Below are positions 27,801-41,250 of a stretch of 64,000 nt of DNA, piece by piece. Within the stretch, counting starts at the first letter, position 1. The number at the start of each line of letters is the position of its first letter. Both the position numbers and the translations under genes were made by a program. This DNA is from Ptychomitrium polyphyllum (taxonomy: Eukaryota), in contig OZ316775.1 of NCBI GenBank assembly GCA_973851085.1, forward strand, positions 9,362,001 through 9,426,000, written 5' to 3'. Below the pieces are notes generated by a model. The model worked only from the letters and a program-made list of their open reading frames with translations, was not told the origin of the DNA and did not search any database.

Positions 27801-28834
27801 TACGATTCCACATGCAGAGTATATATCCCAAAGCCACCATCATCCAACAAGCAATACGACACTCTCTCGTACAGCTACACTCCATTATCCTCGCACCACC
27901 ATGTACGCAAAGACGTACGGTACAATGAAGGCAGGGTTGGATCATATTTGAGTGTCCTTCTCACTCCTCAAAAGCAAGCTGAACCACCTACCCTGCTCCT
28001 TAATCTGGGAGATCGCCAAACACTCTCAATGAGTCAGTACAGTACAGCAATACCTTCACACTACAACCACTGCAGTGACACTGACCTTCCGCACAAGTTT
28101 CTCAGCCTCAATGCCCAGAACTTCTACACGTCATTACTGGATATAAAACTGTTGGTTTCAGTGATAGAATAGAAGATGGACAGAAAGGGACGTTTGGTGG
28201 AACAAGACCTTAAAGTACTCCACATACACAAAACACGATAGAAATAAGAGAAATGCAAACAGTGTTCAAAAGAGATCCATCGTTTTGGGGTGCATCGGAA
28301 TCGTTAAAGACATAGAATAACAGAAATCATGGTATCCTAGGAATTTGTTCCTTTCATTCCAGAAAAGAGAGATTCAGACATCCAGTAACACTCCCAAATG
28401 AGATTGGCACACAATGTTCAGAACTAAAGCAACTTTACTTTGGCAAACCTTTTACCACTGAAAGTACCGAAAGATACTACCAGTTGAGTTGATTCTGAAC
28501 CAGAACCTTTCTGAATTAAATCGAATCCGTTCTGAATTCTACCATCCTTTCCGCTTCAAATGAGACACCGCAAGAGGGTTCTCCTGAGCTTGTATATACT
28601 GAGGCATAGCAGAATTGATATAGCTTCCTAAAGATTAACCTGAACTTATTTTACACCATTTACCTTTCTAAGATCAGTGTACAAGCCTACTGCCCTCCCC
28701 TTAGTACCCTCTCGTAGCGGTAGGGGTAAGTGCCACGAGTCTATTCGCATACCATCTTGCTTGAGAATGTAGCACCCAGAAAAAAGTAATTAAAAAACTC
28801 TTTAACTTCGCCACCTTCAAGGCTACTCTGTATA

Positions 28835-29994
28835 CTATTGTACATAGACGGCGAATCCACCCACCCATGATCCCACAGTCCGGAAGAAGTCCTGATGGGA
28901 TCCTGCTCTTGGCTTTCCAGCAAAGTTCAAGGACTGTGTGCAGCTAGCACTCCTCCGCCTTGGACTGCCAAAGCTCTCCAGATCCTCCAGCACCTCTTGT
29001 TGCAGCTTCTCTTGATCTATTTCGCATTCAGAGCCTTTCCTTGAGAGAGCTCTGGGGCTGGGGCTAGGGCTGCAACTCCGTGGTGAAGAACGTGCCCTCC
29101 TTGGACTTCCAAAGCTTTCCAGGTCCTCCAGCACCTCACGTTGCATCCTCTCTTCTTCAGTTTCACCTTCCAAGTCAGTGCCTGAGGGATCCTTGAAGAA
29201 TTTTTCGCCATCGTGCATCTCCTGGTTGTCAAGATTGTCGTTACAAGAGACTAAGACCTTGGGAATGGTCACAGATAGGATTTCATGGTCATATGTCGCA
29301 ACTGACTTCTCAGGAGCAGTTGTAGGAGGCAGCCGAAACCTCCAGAAGTTCACCTGAACATGCATGCATGTACATAGGTCAGGTTTCGACAAATATCCTC
29401 AGGCTCTTTGGTAATAGAAAAATCAAATTAAAAAATAATTAAATAACTAACTAATTTATTGTTCTACAAGCACATAATATTTTTTAGACAGATGGAAAGA
29501 TGGACCAGATACTCCTAGACAATGTATAGGAAAGTTTAGCACTTGGAGAGGAAGTGGAGTACCGTTCTAGTACTGTTGATCATGGTGCAAGGTCATCGAG
29601 CTAAAGAATGTTATGCAAATGATCTTTTTTAAAGAGTAGATAACAGGGAGGGACTTCAACGTACCTCTGCAACGTCGACAAGAGGTAAGCAATTGTCAAC
29701 CCCTTGAACAAGAACCTTTGTGGCACCAGGCACAATCTCCAGAACTTCAATCTTGACATCATCAACATGTAACCCTGGAAGCCGGACTTCGAACCGATAG
29801 GCGTCACGGGACTCAACAACGCCAACAGGAGTCTCGGCGTGGAGCGGCAGCTCCAGAACCCGGGTGAACAAGTGGGGCATCCGCTTCAGCTTCTTGGTTA
29901 AGCTGAGATCCGGAGCGCAGACTCGCAAGCTTTGAGTGAGTGTCGTTGTGGGCCTCTTCAAAGTGGCTCCATTCAGGATATCCATGGCGTCCAT
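28835..29994 (-). CDS. HSP20/alpha-crystallin-domain-like protein (plant family resembling Arabidopsis At4g14830/At3g22530), about 282 aa
   Basis: Exons 29994-29665 and 29353-28835 (phase 0, 849 nt). Family motifs KKLKRMPHLFTRVLELPL, EIVPGATKVLV and FWRFRLPPTTAPE...EILSVTIPK, with C-terminal ...VYVQ. Family assignment is from recalled motifs. Confidence 0.85.
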
Positions 29995-31487
29995 TGTCGA
30001 CACAAAATCCTCAGGTCTTTACAGTAACGGGCTTGATATAAGATCAGAACTAAAATACACCTCCACAACACAAGATTATCACAGGTTTTATCTTTTCATA
30101 TAAGATTAAAAAATAATTTTTACTTTAATGTTTACCATGCAAACTCGCTGCTAAATCAAAAGATTGGAAATGAAACAGTTGCCAAATACGCACACTAAAA
30201 AGTAGGAAAGAAAGGTTTCAGAACAAAAAACAAAGAGTAAAATCAAGCATAAGTAAAGTCAACATAAACGACCTCAAGTTGGAAGTCTACAAAAGTGAGA
30301 TCACTACAAGTAAGACAATGTGGACACCAAAGCAACCAAAACGTGGAAAAAACGCGGCATTGCCCTAGACTTTTGGCACACGAAGTGGGTGAAGAATCAC
30401 TCCGCCTTGAAGTTTTTCTTGCACAGAAAAAAAGAAAGGAAGAGAAAACAATCCTCTCGTTACGTCATTTCCCCCTCCCCCCTCCCACTAACAACATAAT
30501 CAAAAAGGATTCACTTCCTCAACCGACGAAGCCACTCTCTTTTCCTCCTAATTTGCGTGATGGCCGAGAAATGCAAGAAACGAGAAGGGAAAACTCTTCT
30601 CCACAATATTGAGGACTCTAAAGGTCCTTGACAAGACACTCTAAAGAACGATCTCAGATCGCAAGGAACCAAACATGCCACCTCAAATTCGACCGATTCC
30701 AAAACCGAATTAATGAAACTTCTCCACAAAGGCGCTACTGAAAACAGAGGCGTTAAGGCCAAGATTTCAAGCGCACTATCGTCTCCCGTTCTCACCAAAG
30801 AACCAACCCTCACAATTCCAAAAATCCAAAAACTCGCTCCGAAATTGTACGTTCTCTTGAAAACTGAGAGTCAAAGAGATCAAAGACGACGCGAGATCGC
30901 TCAGGAAAGCCAACGAATGTACCCACAATCGCCCTGAATCACCCGCCGCTAGCAGCAGACTGAAACTCCGACACCACACCTACGACTCAATTCCACCAAA
31001 CTCCATCACAGCACCCGAACTCCCCACCCCTCCTCCACCGACTCAAACCAACCCCACCCCACCAACAAAACCAAAACCAAAACTCTCCACAAAAGCACCA
31101 ATCCTCATACCAAAAACCAAGCGCTTCTCAACAAACCACGCCGAACTACACGTACACCCATCCACAGCCAGCAAAGTCAAAAACAAGGTGACGTACGTGA
31201 CGACACGCAAAACTGCAACCTTGGATGCGCTGGGTGTGCCAACCCAACCGCCGACCGGCATGAGCGCCCAAGCCCACACCTTGGGAGGGACGCCTAAGAG
31301 TTGGATGGGTGCGATCTAAGTCAGCAGGCTATGAGCTTGATCATGAGATGTGAGAGACGTGAAAGATCTGAGATCTGAGAGATGATGATGATATCATGTA
31401 TGTGAAGCTCCCACCTTGCAGGAAGTGCAGGGAGTGTCTGCCTTCTGCTCTCTTCCAGGACGAGGGGAGGAAGAAGGGGAGAGCTTT

Positions 31488-31549
31488 GAGGTGATGGCGA
31501 TGGTGGCGATGGAGGTGATGGCGATGGTGGCGATGGAGGTGATGATGGT
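31488..31549. repeat. 24-bp tandem repeat GAGGTGATGGCGATGGTGGCGATG, about 2.5 copies
   Basis: Two exact copies (31488-31511, 31512-31535) plus a partial third. Confidence 0.85.
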
Positions 31550-33849
31550 AAAGCGAAAGGGAGAGGGAAGCAGATAGTTACAGTGGTACAGTACCAACAC
31601 CCTTTACCAAGTTGAAGGCTTGCTTTGAGGGTGCAACATCTGCCTTTTCCACCGTGACTCAGTCAAGTCACGGGGGGAGTTCGTGACTAGTAACTTTCTT
31701 CAAGTTGGTAACGGAGTCTTTATTGGGCCGCCTTCCTTGCTAGCTTGCCTGGATGGCTTTCTTGAGGGTTGGCTTTCTTCTGAATTGGCAGGTCAGGAGG
31801 ATCATTTCTTGGCAGCGGATTTATTAACAGTGTTCAATTACTGTAGCATCTTCTCTTACTTCCCTTTTCTTTGTCCTTTAGTTTTGGAGTGCCTCTTTTT
31901 GCTTCTTATTATGGGACAGGAGGGGATTTAGTATTCCACTGCTGGCGGCGTCAACAGGCAATACCCTAACCCATGGTCTTGGTCGGCACAATTCTTATTG
32001 AAATTTGAAATGTTAGATACTTTTGGGAGTATTGTGCTGAAGGTTGTTGAAGTATTAGGGGGTTGTATGTGTACATGATTTAAGAAGGTTGTCGTGGATA
32101 CTACTATTAGATGACCATACGCCAAAAGTTTAAATTTTTCTATTAAGGAAGTTGAGATGATCTTCGTGTCAAAATCATCCGACTGCATGGTGTTTATCCT
32201 TAAAGTGAAACTTGGTATGATTGTTAAAGTGAACTCTGAACAACGCTTATTCTGGTACACTTATTTGGCAATGGCATGAAATATCAAGAATGCATGCATA
32301 GGGTAGAAATTGCACCTTTATTTCCCAAAGCAGCAAACTGCTTCCAACTGCAGATACAATAGTGTACCGTACGGGCCCTTGAGCAGAAGTGAACTTGTGG
32401 GGTGATCAGAGAACTGTTGGACTTGCACAAGTTGGGGCCTTGCTGAAGGGGATTGAACAGTTCCTGCTGCCAATGGCACACTGTACTAGAAGTGGATATC
32501 TAGGATTTTAGCCCCTCATATGTTGGAGAATAACTTACAACAGCCACCGTGCTGCTGCAGCATTCGAAAGTCCATCTTATCTAAAAGAGGGCTTGCACAC
32601 GTGGCTACTTCAACTGTAAGTCACCCAGGTTCTGTAGACAGACAGTTGCTACATCTCCAATGATATTAGTTTTTAAGAGATTTAGGAAAAAAATCATGCA
32701 TTCGTAATACTATAGAAAAATGGAAGGGAACTATCTGGTCATAATAAAATGTAATATCTATTGCATGAATTTTTATACCCTATCATTGTCAAGTATGTTT
32801 AGTTATCATTTGCAATTGTTAAGATGATCCAAGCTTTAGTTGAGGAATTTTGTGTAATTAGTAGGGATGTGAATATAATATTGTAGTGGATAGGTTGGGG
32901 ATTTTTTTTAAGAAAATTTATTTCAATACTTTTTATAAATAAAACAAAACTTAGGGAATATATGTAAATTTTTTATATAGATTATTTCAATGTTAATTTT
33001 TCTTAAATTTCAATAGAAACTCTTGGAATTTTATTTTTGATTCCAACTAATCATTTAGGACTTTTGTACTTCATTTGAGTTTTTTTGGTAATATAATTGA
33101 TGATGAAAGATTAAATACATGTTGTTAGACTTTGAGTGTTGACTTTGATTAAATTATAAATAGGTAAGATTGTAAGGCCTAACAATCTTTTTCAAGTTCA
33201 TATAATTACCTAGTATGATTTAACAACCATAAAACATAAGATACCATTGTCCATTTATGCATGACCAGATCCAACTCTATAACATATTAAAATTTTGAAA
33301 AAGTTTGAAAAATCATAGGAAGTGAATAAATATGATTATATTGATGTACCATAGCTATAAATTAGATCTAAAGTCATTGTATTAGGCTAACCTTTAAAAT
33401 TCATAACCTATTTGTGTAATGTCCATATGATTCGTTTAAAATGCATTGGAATTCCTTTCTCTTGGGGATATTTTCTGGTAAAAAGGTTTGAGATTTGTTT
33501 TAGTAACCATGTCATAGTTATGGACTGTCCTACCTAATGTTCTTAACAACGAGGTTATGCTAGCTTGCACCATCCAGTACTTAATCTATGAAAACAAAAT
33601 GGATGTTTATTCCATTGAAATATACAGGCATAAAAAACCAGGGGTTCAAGGGCCTAGCGTTGATATTTTGCTTTTTGTTAAATCTGACACGAAATGACAG
33701 GTTCTTCAACATTTGTAACAATTCAGCATAGTTTTCAGAATATTGTAAAAATTCAACGGGCAGATGGTAAAGAAGCATTTCCCTATAATAAAGTGCCACC
33801 CTTACTCCCAGTATGTCTCATTAAAAGGGAAAGAGAGTATGGCTCTCGC

Positions 33850-36201
33850 TCATGAAAGCATTGGAAGGTGAAATAATTGTTCAAAGGAGCACTAAAAGTC
33901 CATCTTTATTGGATGCCATCTGTGACAAAAGCCAAAGAGAAAGTGCTAATAACAAACCACCTCAAGGTGATAAGGTTCTGCAAGTTTGAACAAATCATAG
34001 CAATTTGAAATGAAAATCATGCCTAGTTGAGGGCACCACATTCACAGGTCTCTTGTCTTTCATCTTGTACTGTGCTTCTCCCACTGCACAGCGGAAACAA
34101 ATCATAAAAGGAAACAGAAAAGGTACATTCCCTAGAGTCATGCACCACCTCCTCCGACACGTGCTTGTAATAAGAATTTGTTTTGTAGGAGATGAATGAA
34201 GATGAGTCCTTCGGATCTTCATGAGAATCAAAATCACTGCAAAGCAGATACGGGGGGTGAGAGAGAGGCAAATTTGCAGCAGTTCTTGGGTTGCAGCAAG
34301 AGAAAACTCAGGTTGGTGGTGACAAGTAGTGTAGGACAAGCTCTGACGCATAGAATTGGATGTTGTTTCCAAGAAGCCTGGCAGCAATCCTGCGCTTGAC
34401 AGAAGCGCGCCAGAAGAGCCGGGTGTTAATGGCCCATCAGAATTCTAGAGCCTTCAGTGGAGGCCATCTCTATGGAGGGAGGGAGAACGTGTGAAGTCAC
34501 AATGAGCTTTAAAATATAACCTTCTCACAGTTCCTTTCTTTGGTAGTCTGATAGAGAGATGGCCTTGTGGAACAAGAAAACAAAATATACTGCCACAGAG
34601 GAAAGTCCACGCAAACTGAGGACAAACCTTTTTTCGTCTCAAAATACCAAATATTTAGTATTTCATGGATGTAGAGAGAAAAAGCTAAAACAAGGTTATG
34701 CCATGTGGAGAAGGACGTGTCCAATGTTGACCCTGCGACTCCAACTCCATGGAGCACCTAATTAAAAGGGGAAAAAACCAAAAGAAAATGAAGGCCCTTT
34801 GTTTTAACCATCTTAGTAAAAACACCCAAAAAAAAAACCCTTTACAATCATGCAGCATTTCGGTTTGAATTAGTTATGTAATCACTGAAATATCAAATTC
34901 TTGAAAAGGTCCTTACATTTGTTACAAATGATTCATTTCAAAACAGTGTTTCTGTTATTGATATAAATTATATTGGTGAATTTTTATTTAATAAAAGTAA
35001 AATATACTTGAGTCACCACTTGTCATTTTCCTTTGAGATACATGATTTCTTCAATAGAATACTCGGCTAAGGAAATTGCATTAAAAGTTTTACTTTTGAC
35101 ACTAATGGTCTCTCTTATCATTAAAGAAAGAATATTATGAAAATGTCCTTGATAGATTTAATAAAAAAACACTTTCAATGCACCAAAACACATATTATTT
35201 GGATTTAATATAAATAGCTTATAGATTCTAAAGTTTTTTTTTTTTTTTTTTGTAGTGGTTCAAACAACACAAGTACATGCCCCCAAAATACAATACAATA
35301 CAATACAATACAATACCCTTGGGGTGGGTGAATCCTTGAATTGAAATTAAAGTCAAGTGGATTTCAAGTCTCTTGTATTGGTGAATGAAGTGTAAGGAAT
35401 GGTTTTCCTCCCCTAACAGACTTCGATACAGTTACCTCACACACTCCAGTGATTCATTATTGAAATTTTCTGTACGCTTAAAAGTAGTTAATTTGCAAAG
35501 CCGCTGAGGGCCTTTCCTCGTAATTTACCAACTGCCTGATGCTTCTAGATAAGAGCTATCCCAAGTTCCAAAACATTAGGAGGGAATAAGACTTCAACAA
35601 TGGCACTGGCTGTGGTAGGATAATTCCACCAATGGCCACATCTAAGCTAAAAATACACCACACCCATCCTCACTTGTCAGGTGGCTTGCAGAAGATGCCA
35701 TCTGGCGGGCATGAACATGGGCCCATTTTCTCCCATCCAAGTTCCATCGCACTAAGCAAATGGAAGTCCAATGCAGTGCAGCCATCTACTGTGCAGTGAA
35801 CCAGCTCAAAGGCTCAGCACCAATTCTATCTGTTGGATCATCTCTACGGTCACACCCAGAACTTTGAAGAAACTAAACATGGAGGCCAGGTGGAAAGTAT
35901 GGGTGAATACAGAGAAGGCATCAACTTTGTAGGCCTTTCAGCTCTAGAGTTTTGACCAACTGCATTGCAAAAGACAAAATTAAACAGCTGTCTAATGAAC
36001 ATCTACAGGAGTTGAGTTTCACAAGAGTTTGACAGTTGAGTATGGATTAGTTTCAGCCATCTTGCAATGGCCAAATTTGTCCACTGTCCACTCAAAGTTA
36101 CATGTAATCCACCATGACTGCTTTTGTGGCTGTTCAAGTGTACAAAGTATTTGGACAATTCTACCCAAAGCTCATTATGCCTCCAGGATATTAACTTCTA
36201 G
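33850..36201 (+). pseudogene. Possible decayed coding sequence (gene or TE relic) in two higher-GC islands, about 33850-34500 and 35590-36201
   Basis: The islands have exon-like GC content inside AT-rich DNA. The frame from 35590 is interrupted by five TGA codons before a TAG at 36199. No protein family recognised. Confidence 0.25.
35287..35316. repeat. (CAATA)n microsatellite, near a poly-T run at 35234-35251
   Basis: Read directly from the sequence. Confidence 0.9.
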
Positions 36202-36399
36202 CAGCTATCCAAACTGCCATGGAGGTTGGTCCATGGTTCTACAGAATATGCAACACCATACTTTAAGTGAAGATGGTTGTCATATTGATCATGAATTGGC
36301 AACACCCTCAAATATGGATATCCCAGCATCTCTTTGCTTCTCTCATGCATTGTAAATTGAACAGGTGGTGGCATATAAATATAAAAAGCTAAAAATACC

Positions 36400-39200
36400 T
36401 CCACATAATTGGAAAGATCACAAATCTGGAGGCTTGAGGAGGTGACTGCATTTTAGGCTCAATTTTTCAAGTCATTAAAATTCTAACTTTTGGCTATGAG
36501 TTTTTGAATTATTGAAGGTAAATAGCAAAGATATAAATTACATCTTTATTTACAACATACTTTATGAGGTTTTGATCCAAGAGAATGGATGGGAGAGCCT
36601 AAAGGAGCTTGAAGAAGATACACATTTTAATGAATGAAGTCATGCAAAGTTGCATGATTGGCCATTTTTAAGTTAAAGTTGTGCTAAAATTAAAATTCAT
36701 AAATTAATTTATGCTTATTGCTAGAAAAAAAAATGCTACAATTTAAAAAATAACATATAAAATGGAAGGTGATTTTAATAAATAGATATTACTATTTGAT
36801 AACTTGTGCTAAAAATCATAGTTTCCAATAAAAAAATGAAATAATTTTGAAATTTTAAAAGACATTTTCACAATATTCTAGATTCTATCAAATAATCATA
36901 TCAACAACATCCATTAATCATCCAAAAAACAACTATACTACATTCAAATCTCCTTTATGCCACATTTTGTAATATCAACAACTCTTATATGTAAAGAATA
37001 TCCTCATAACTATGATATTAAGAAGGAGCACAAAACATTCCAACTTGATTCAAAATTGGTTCATTGTTACAAAATCTTTTCCTTGTAAACATGCGATAAT
37101 AGATGCCTTAGATTCCAAGCTAATAACAACAAAAAAGTTTGAATTTATTTGCAACTAAAACTACACTTCTGTTAATTGATTTGAAAATGCCATTGCTTTT
37201 TATGCAAGAAATATATTTCTATCAATTTTATCTATATATGTAAGTTTTTCATTAAGAACAACTATAATATCTTTACTTTTGATAAAAACTAATCTTATGT
37301 AATATGTTATGGTCTTAAAATAAAATTTGGTTTAAATGGTATACTGGACAAAAGTAATACAACAATGAATTTTAATATGTGCAAAATCATCCAAATTGTA
37401 TTAAACCATCATATATCAAGTTTAGTCCACTACAAGTTTTTAATAGAAAAATACTGATACAAATTCACTTTGCATTCTATTCCCATTAGTTACTTTTTTA
37501 TTCATCTTTCAATTAAATTTTCTTTTTTGATTATTGAATATGGATTTGATGGTTGATTTCAAAAGAAAGTGGTCATGGATCATTTACTTTAGATTTTTAA
37601 CCCTCCTTCCATTATGTTTCTTTGATTACAAATTAAAAAACACAATATTGTTCATTGTAATTGGTGTAGAATTTTGAAATTATCTATTATCAAATCCTCC
37701 CCTCTTCTTGTATTTAGTTCCTTTGAATAATCATATGAAATCAATTATAGAAATTTGAAAAGGGAATAAGTTGGATGTGGGATTTATAAGACACAACTTA
37801 TTTTCATATACAAGACTTTAGACTATTTACTTTTATAGACCAAATGGAACATGTGCATATGTTTACAAACTAATCAAATGCTACATATTTCTTTAATGTA
37901 GAAGTAAAGCATTCCGCTTTATACAAAAAACATGAAAGAAAAATAATCTACCATTTTGAATAAAATTCAAGCGCATACCAACATTGATGATAAAGAAAAA
38001 GCCAATAGATCAACAAAACCAAGCCACTTCAAATGCAATGTCATTAGTGTTAAAAACAAGAGAAATGTATACCATTTTCTCCAACAAAGATCTTGACGCT
38101 GAAGGACTAAGGTTTGAACTATACATGATTCTGCATACAAAATCCAGTGCTTAAATCAAACAATTGACAGATGGAACCATGCTCCAGAGCCAGCACAGGA
38201 GATTCATACCACTTTCACATCCATGGCTGAAGCATCAGAAATATGTCCAGTGGTTGGTTTACTAGATACAGTTGAAGGCATTAGATTCAATTGTACAAAG
38301 TATTGTCTCCCATCATCCAGCAATTTTTTTTGTGTACCTTAATGTTGTGGCCCAGCCATATTGAAAATATTGTTTATGACAACCATTCGTGAACGGATGT
38401 ATAATGTTTGACATCATAGCCATCATTTAGAGGGTCCATCCATCTAGGTTCACGAATGGTACCTCCTAGCTAGAATTTCTCCCAACTGCATTACCATGTA
38501 ACTTACAAGTACGTGTGCAGCACGTATTGTACTGAGCCAATTGACTTTGGTATAAATACCCTAATCACAAGGTGCACAAATTTACCAAAAGAAACCTTAG
38601 CTCACTTGTCCTACAATTACCAACTTAAGAAATCTGAGCTGTTTATGGGCAGTGTTTTTTATTTGGAAAAATGTTTTTCTCTTGTAGGAAGATAGTTTCC
38701 ATTAGGAATGTACTTTTTTTCACAATTTAATTTCGAATGTTAAAATTAATATAATAGTTGAAAGTGGAGAGTACTTTGCAAGCCAACATTGTCATGTAAG
38801 TTTCTTAATGTTCAAAGTATGTGGTACTAACTTTTACTTTCAATGATATTCTAAACCATCACCTACTTCCACTTGATGCTTGTTATGCCACTTGTTTGTT
38901 TTTGTCCTTACAAAAAATAAATTGTAGTAGTTTTAAGATTTAAAATTGGTGGTTTCAAGGAAAGTTTGTGATGCAATTATCAAGGAAGTAGTGTTTAGGG
39001 CTAATCAACCTTAAAACATCTTCAATACACATATTAAGTTGACAAAAAATAATATTTTTATTCACATGAAACTAGTACTTGAAAATACCACCATTAAAAG
39101 CTTATAAAAAGTATACCAAGAAAGTTAAATAAATTTCAAATTTGAACCATAAATGATTAAATTACATTTGTTGCAAGCGAGTTAACATATGAAATTTAAA
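36400..39200. other. AT-rich, ORF-poor block, probably decayed repeat sequence
   Basis: Low GC, CpG depletion and no credible ORF. Boundaries are approximate. Confidence 0.35.
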
Positions 39201-41250
39201 AAACCTCATCAAATTTGTGTAGTTGAGTTGAGCTGACCCATCATACCACCTCCATTGGAAATGCTCTTAAGCAGTTCCTTGCACCTTGCAACCAGCAACC
39301 ATTCCACATAATCTACCTCAGTTTCTCTTTACTCTCATTATTCTAAGTATCTTTATTTGAACTGAAAATCAGCAGGCCTCTCATTGATGACGGTATAGGG
39401 AGAACAGTAACTTATGCTTCATCCAAGATATTTTTGTGATCTGATACAAGCCTACATCATGTTTAAATTTCATAAGGACAGTGTTTCAAGATCATCAGGA
39501 TTCACAACTATGTCAAGGAGTCACAACTTCCATCTGTTAGTGGAATTAGTCAGTTACTGTATAGGATATTTTATGATGTGTACAATCATCAAACATATAT
39601 CAATCAAAAATATTTATAGATTGTCTCCAACAAGGAACTTGCAAAGGGCAAGATCCATGAGAATTGAAGTGAGAATACTTGAAAATAATCATCTGAAGTA
39701 GGATGATGCCCCATGCAGACTCTTGCAGTTTTATGAACAATCCAATGGTCCCCACTCCAGCTGAGTGCCTTCTAAAGTTCAAAGTACTGGTAGGAAATAG
39801 TCAGACTATCATGCCTGTTCTGATTACAGTACTGCAAGAGTGGTCTCACCCTTATCCTTCCCAGTACAGAATACAATATGCAAATATTAACTTGTGTTTT
39901 GTACTGCAAGGCAACCACACCTGCTAGTTAACCTGATTACTGAGCAATCCAAGCAATGTTAAGTTCAGGAGGGACAGACCAGTAGCCAAGCAGGCTGGAC
40001 TAATTTCTTCAAAACTTACGTAAGCTACTGCAATAAGTTTCTGGATATGCATGTATGTTGCATGCACCACCTTTATAGACATAGAAATACTTGGTTCACA
40101 CAAGTAAAAAACAACAGGGTTTTCTTCCCAACTTCTGGAAAGGTATGTTTACCAAGTTTGACAATGACCTGGTTGGTGGGTAGAAGGATGTAATTGCAGC
40201 ACTGATATTGTGCTTGCTTGAGCTCTGATGAAAAAATCCCGTACAAGTCTCCACAAAGTTTTATCCAAGCTGTCTCCTCTGCACTCATTATGTATAATTG
40301 CCTCAATCTTCATCCCTTTCGCTCGACCTTGTAATGTCTCCGAGACAAAACTTTGTACTAACGAGTATACAGTTAAACAGATAAACGATGTTGAGACTCA
40401 TGAAATACTTTTACAAGATTTCTGAACCCAGTTTGTGTGAGTCGAGCACTCTTGGACTGGGTTCTCTGTGCTCTCTTTTCATGAACGGCAGCCAGATTTC
40501 AGGCATATCAGCAGCCAACAAAGCGAAACAAAGTGAGCCGCTTTTACTGATAAGTCTGTCGTGAAGCTTTGGCTTGACACACCGAACATCCAGGAATCGA
40601 AATAGTGCGCGAATCCACAGCACTGAGGAGAGAACTCTTCTAAGCTTCTCCACAATAAAAATCACACAGATATACTCGGGCCGTCTGTGCCTAGAGGTAT
40701 CCGACTCTGCGAACTGAATTTTACGAGCTCCTCGTTCTCACGTAAGCCATATGTTCCACATTATCTATACAAGAAATACCAGAGATAGCCATCAAAGCAT
40801 ACCACTTAATCCTGAGACTACAGATTAAACACAAAATGTCGGGGTAACTTAGGGCTACTCTTTGGTATAGTACTTGTGATGAGAAACCGTTTGTCATGTT
40901 CTGAGGTCCTTCAAAACACAAGTAATTGTCGAAGTGGAGGAGACATAAAACACATATGACTCTACAAATGCTTGACTCAACCGGAAAAGAACTTGGCTCT
41001 TCAATAATCATAAACAATTCCCACCCAATAAGCTCAAGAAGGCCATCACATTGATAACAAGTATCTCAGCCTCGCGCCAATGAACACGTTCACGCAGCAA
41101 GTGAAAGGAGTGATACATCGTTACAGTCTTTCAAACTCCCAGCCTATTACAGAGAAGCAAGCTACCAAAACCACGTACTTCACAAACCCGCACGAAAAGT
41201 TGCATGCTGCTACTGCTATAGTGCTATGATTATCCTAAACTGATAGTGAC

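Noticed and set aside
31652..31673. 8-bp inverted repeat CCGTGACT/AGTCACGG
   Set aside because: Too short to distinguish from chance.
39961..40017. Possible MIR390-like precursor on the + strand
   Set aside because: The downstream arm pairs too poorly for a miRNA/miRNA* duplex.
40322..40334. tasiARF-like core CTCGACCTTGTAA as a functional tasiRNA
   Set aside because: Only about 12 matching nt, and out of 21-nt phase with both candidate miR390 cut sites.
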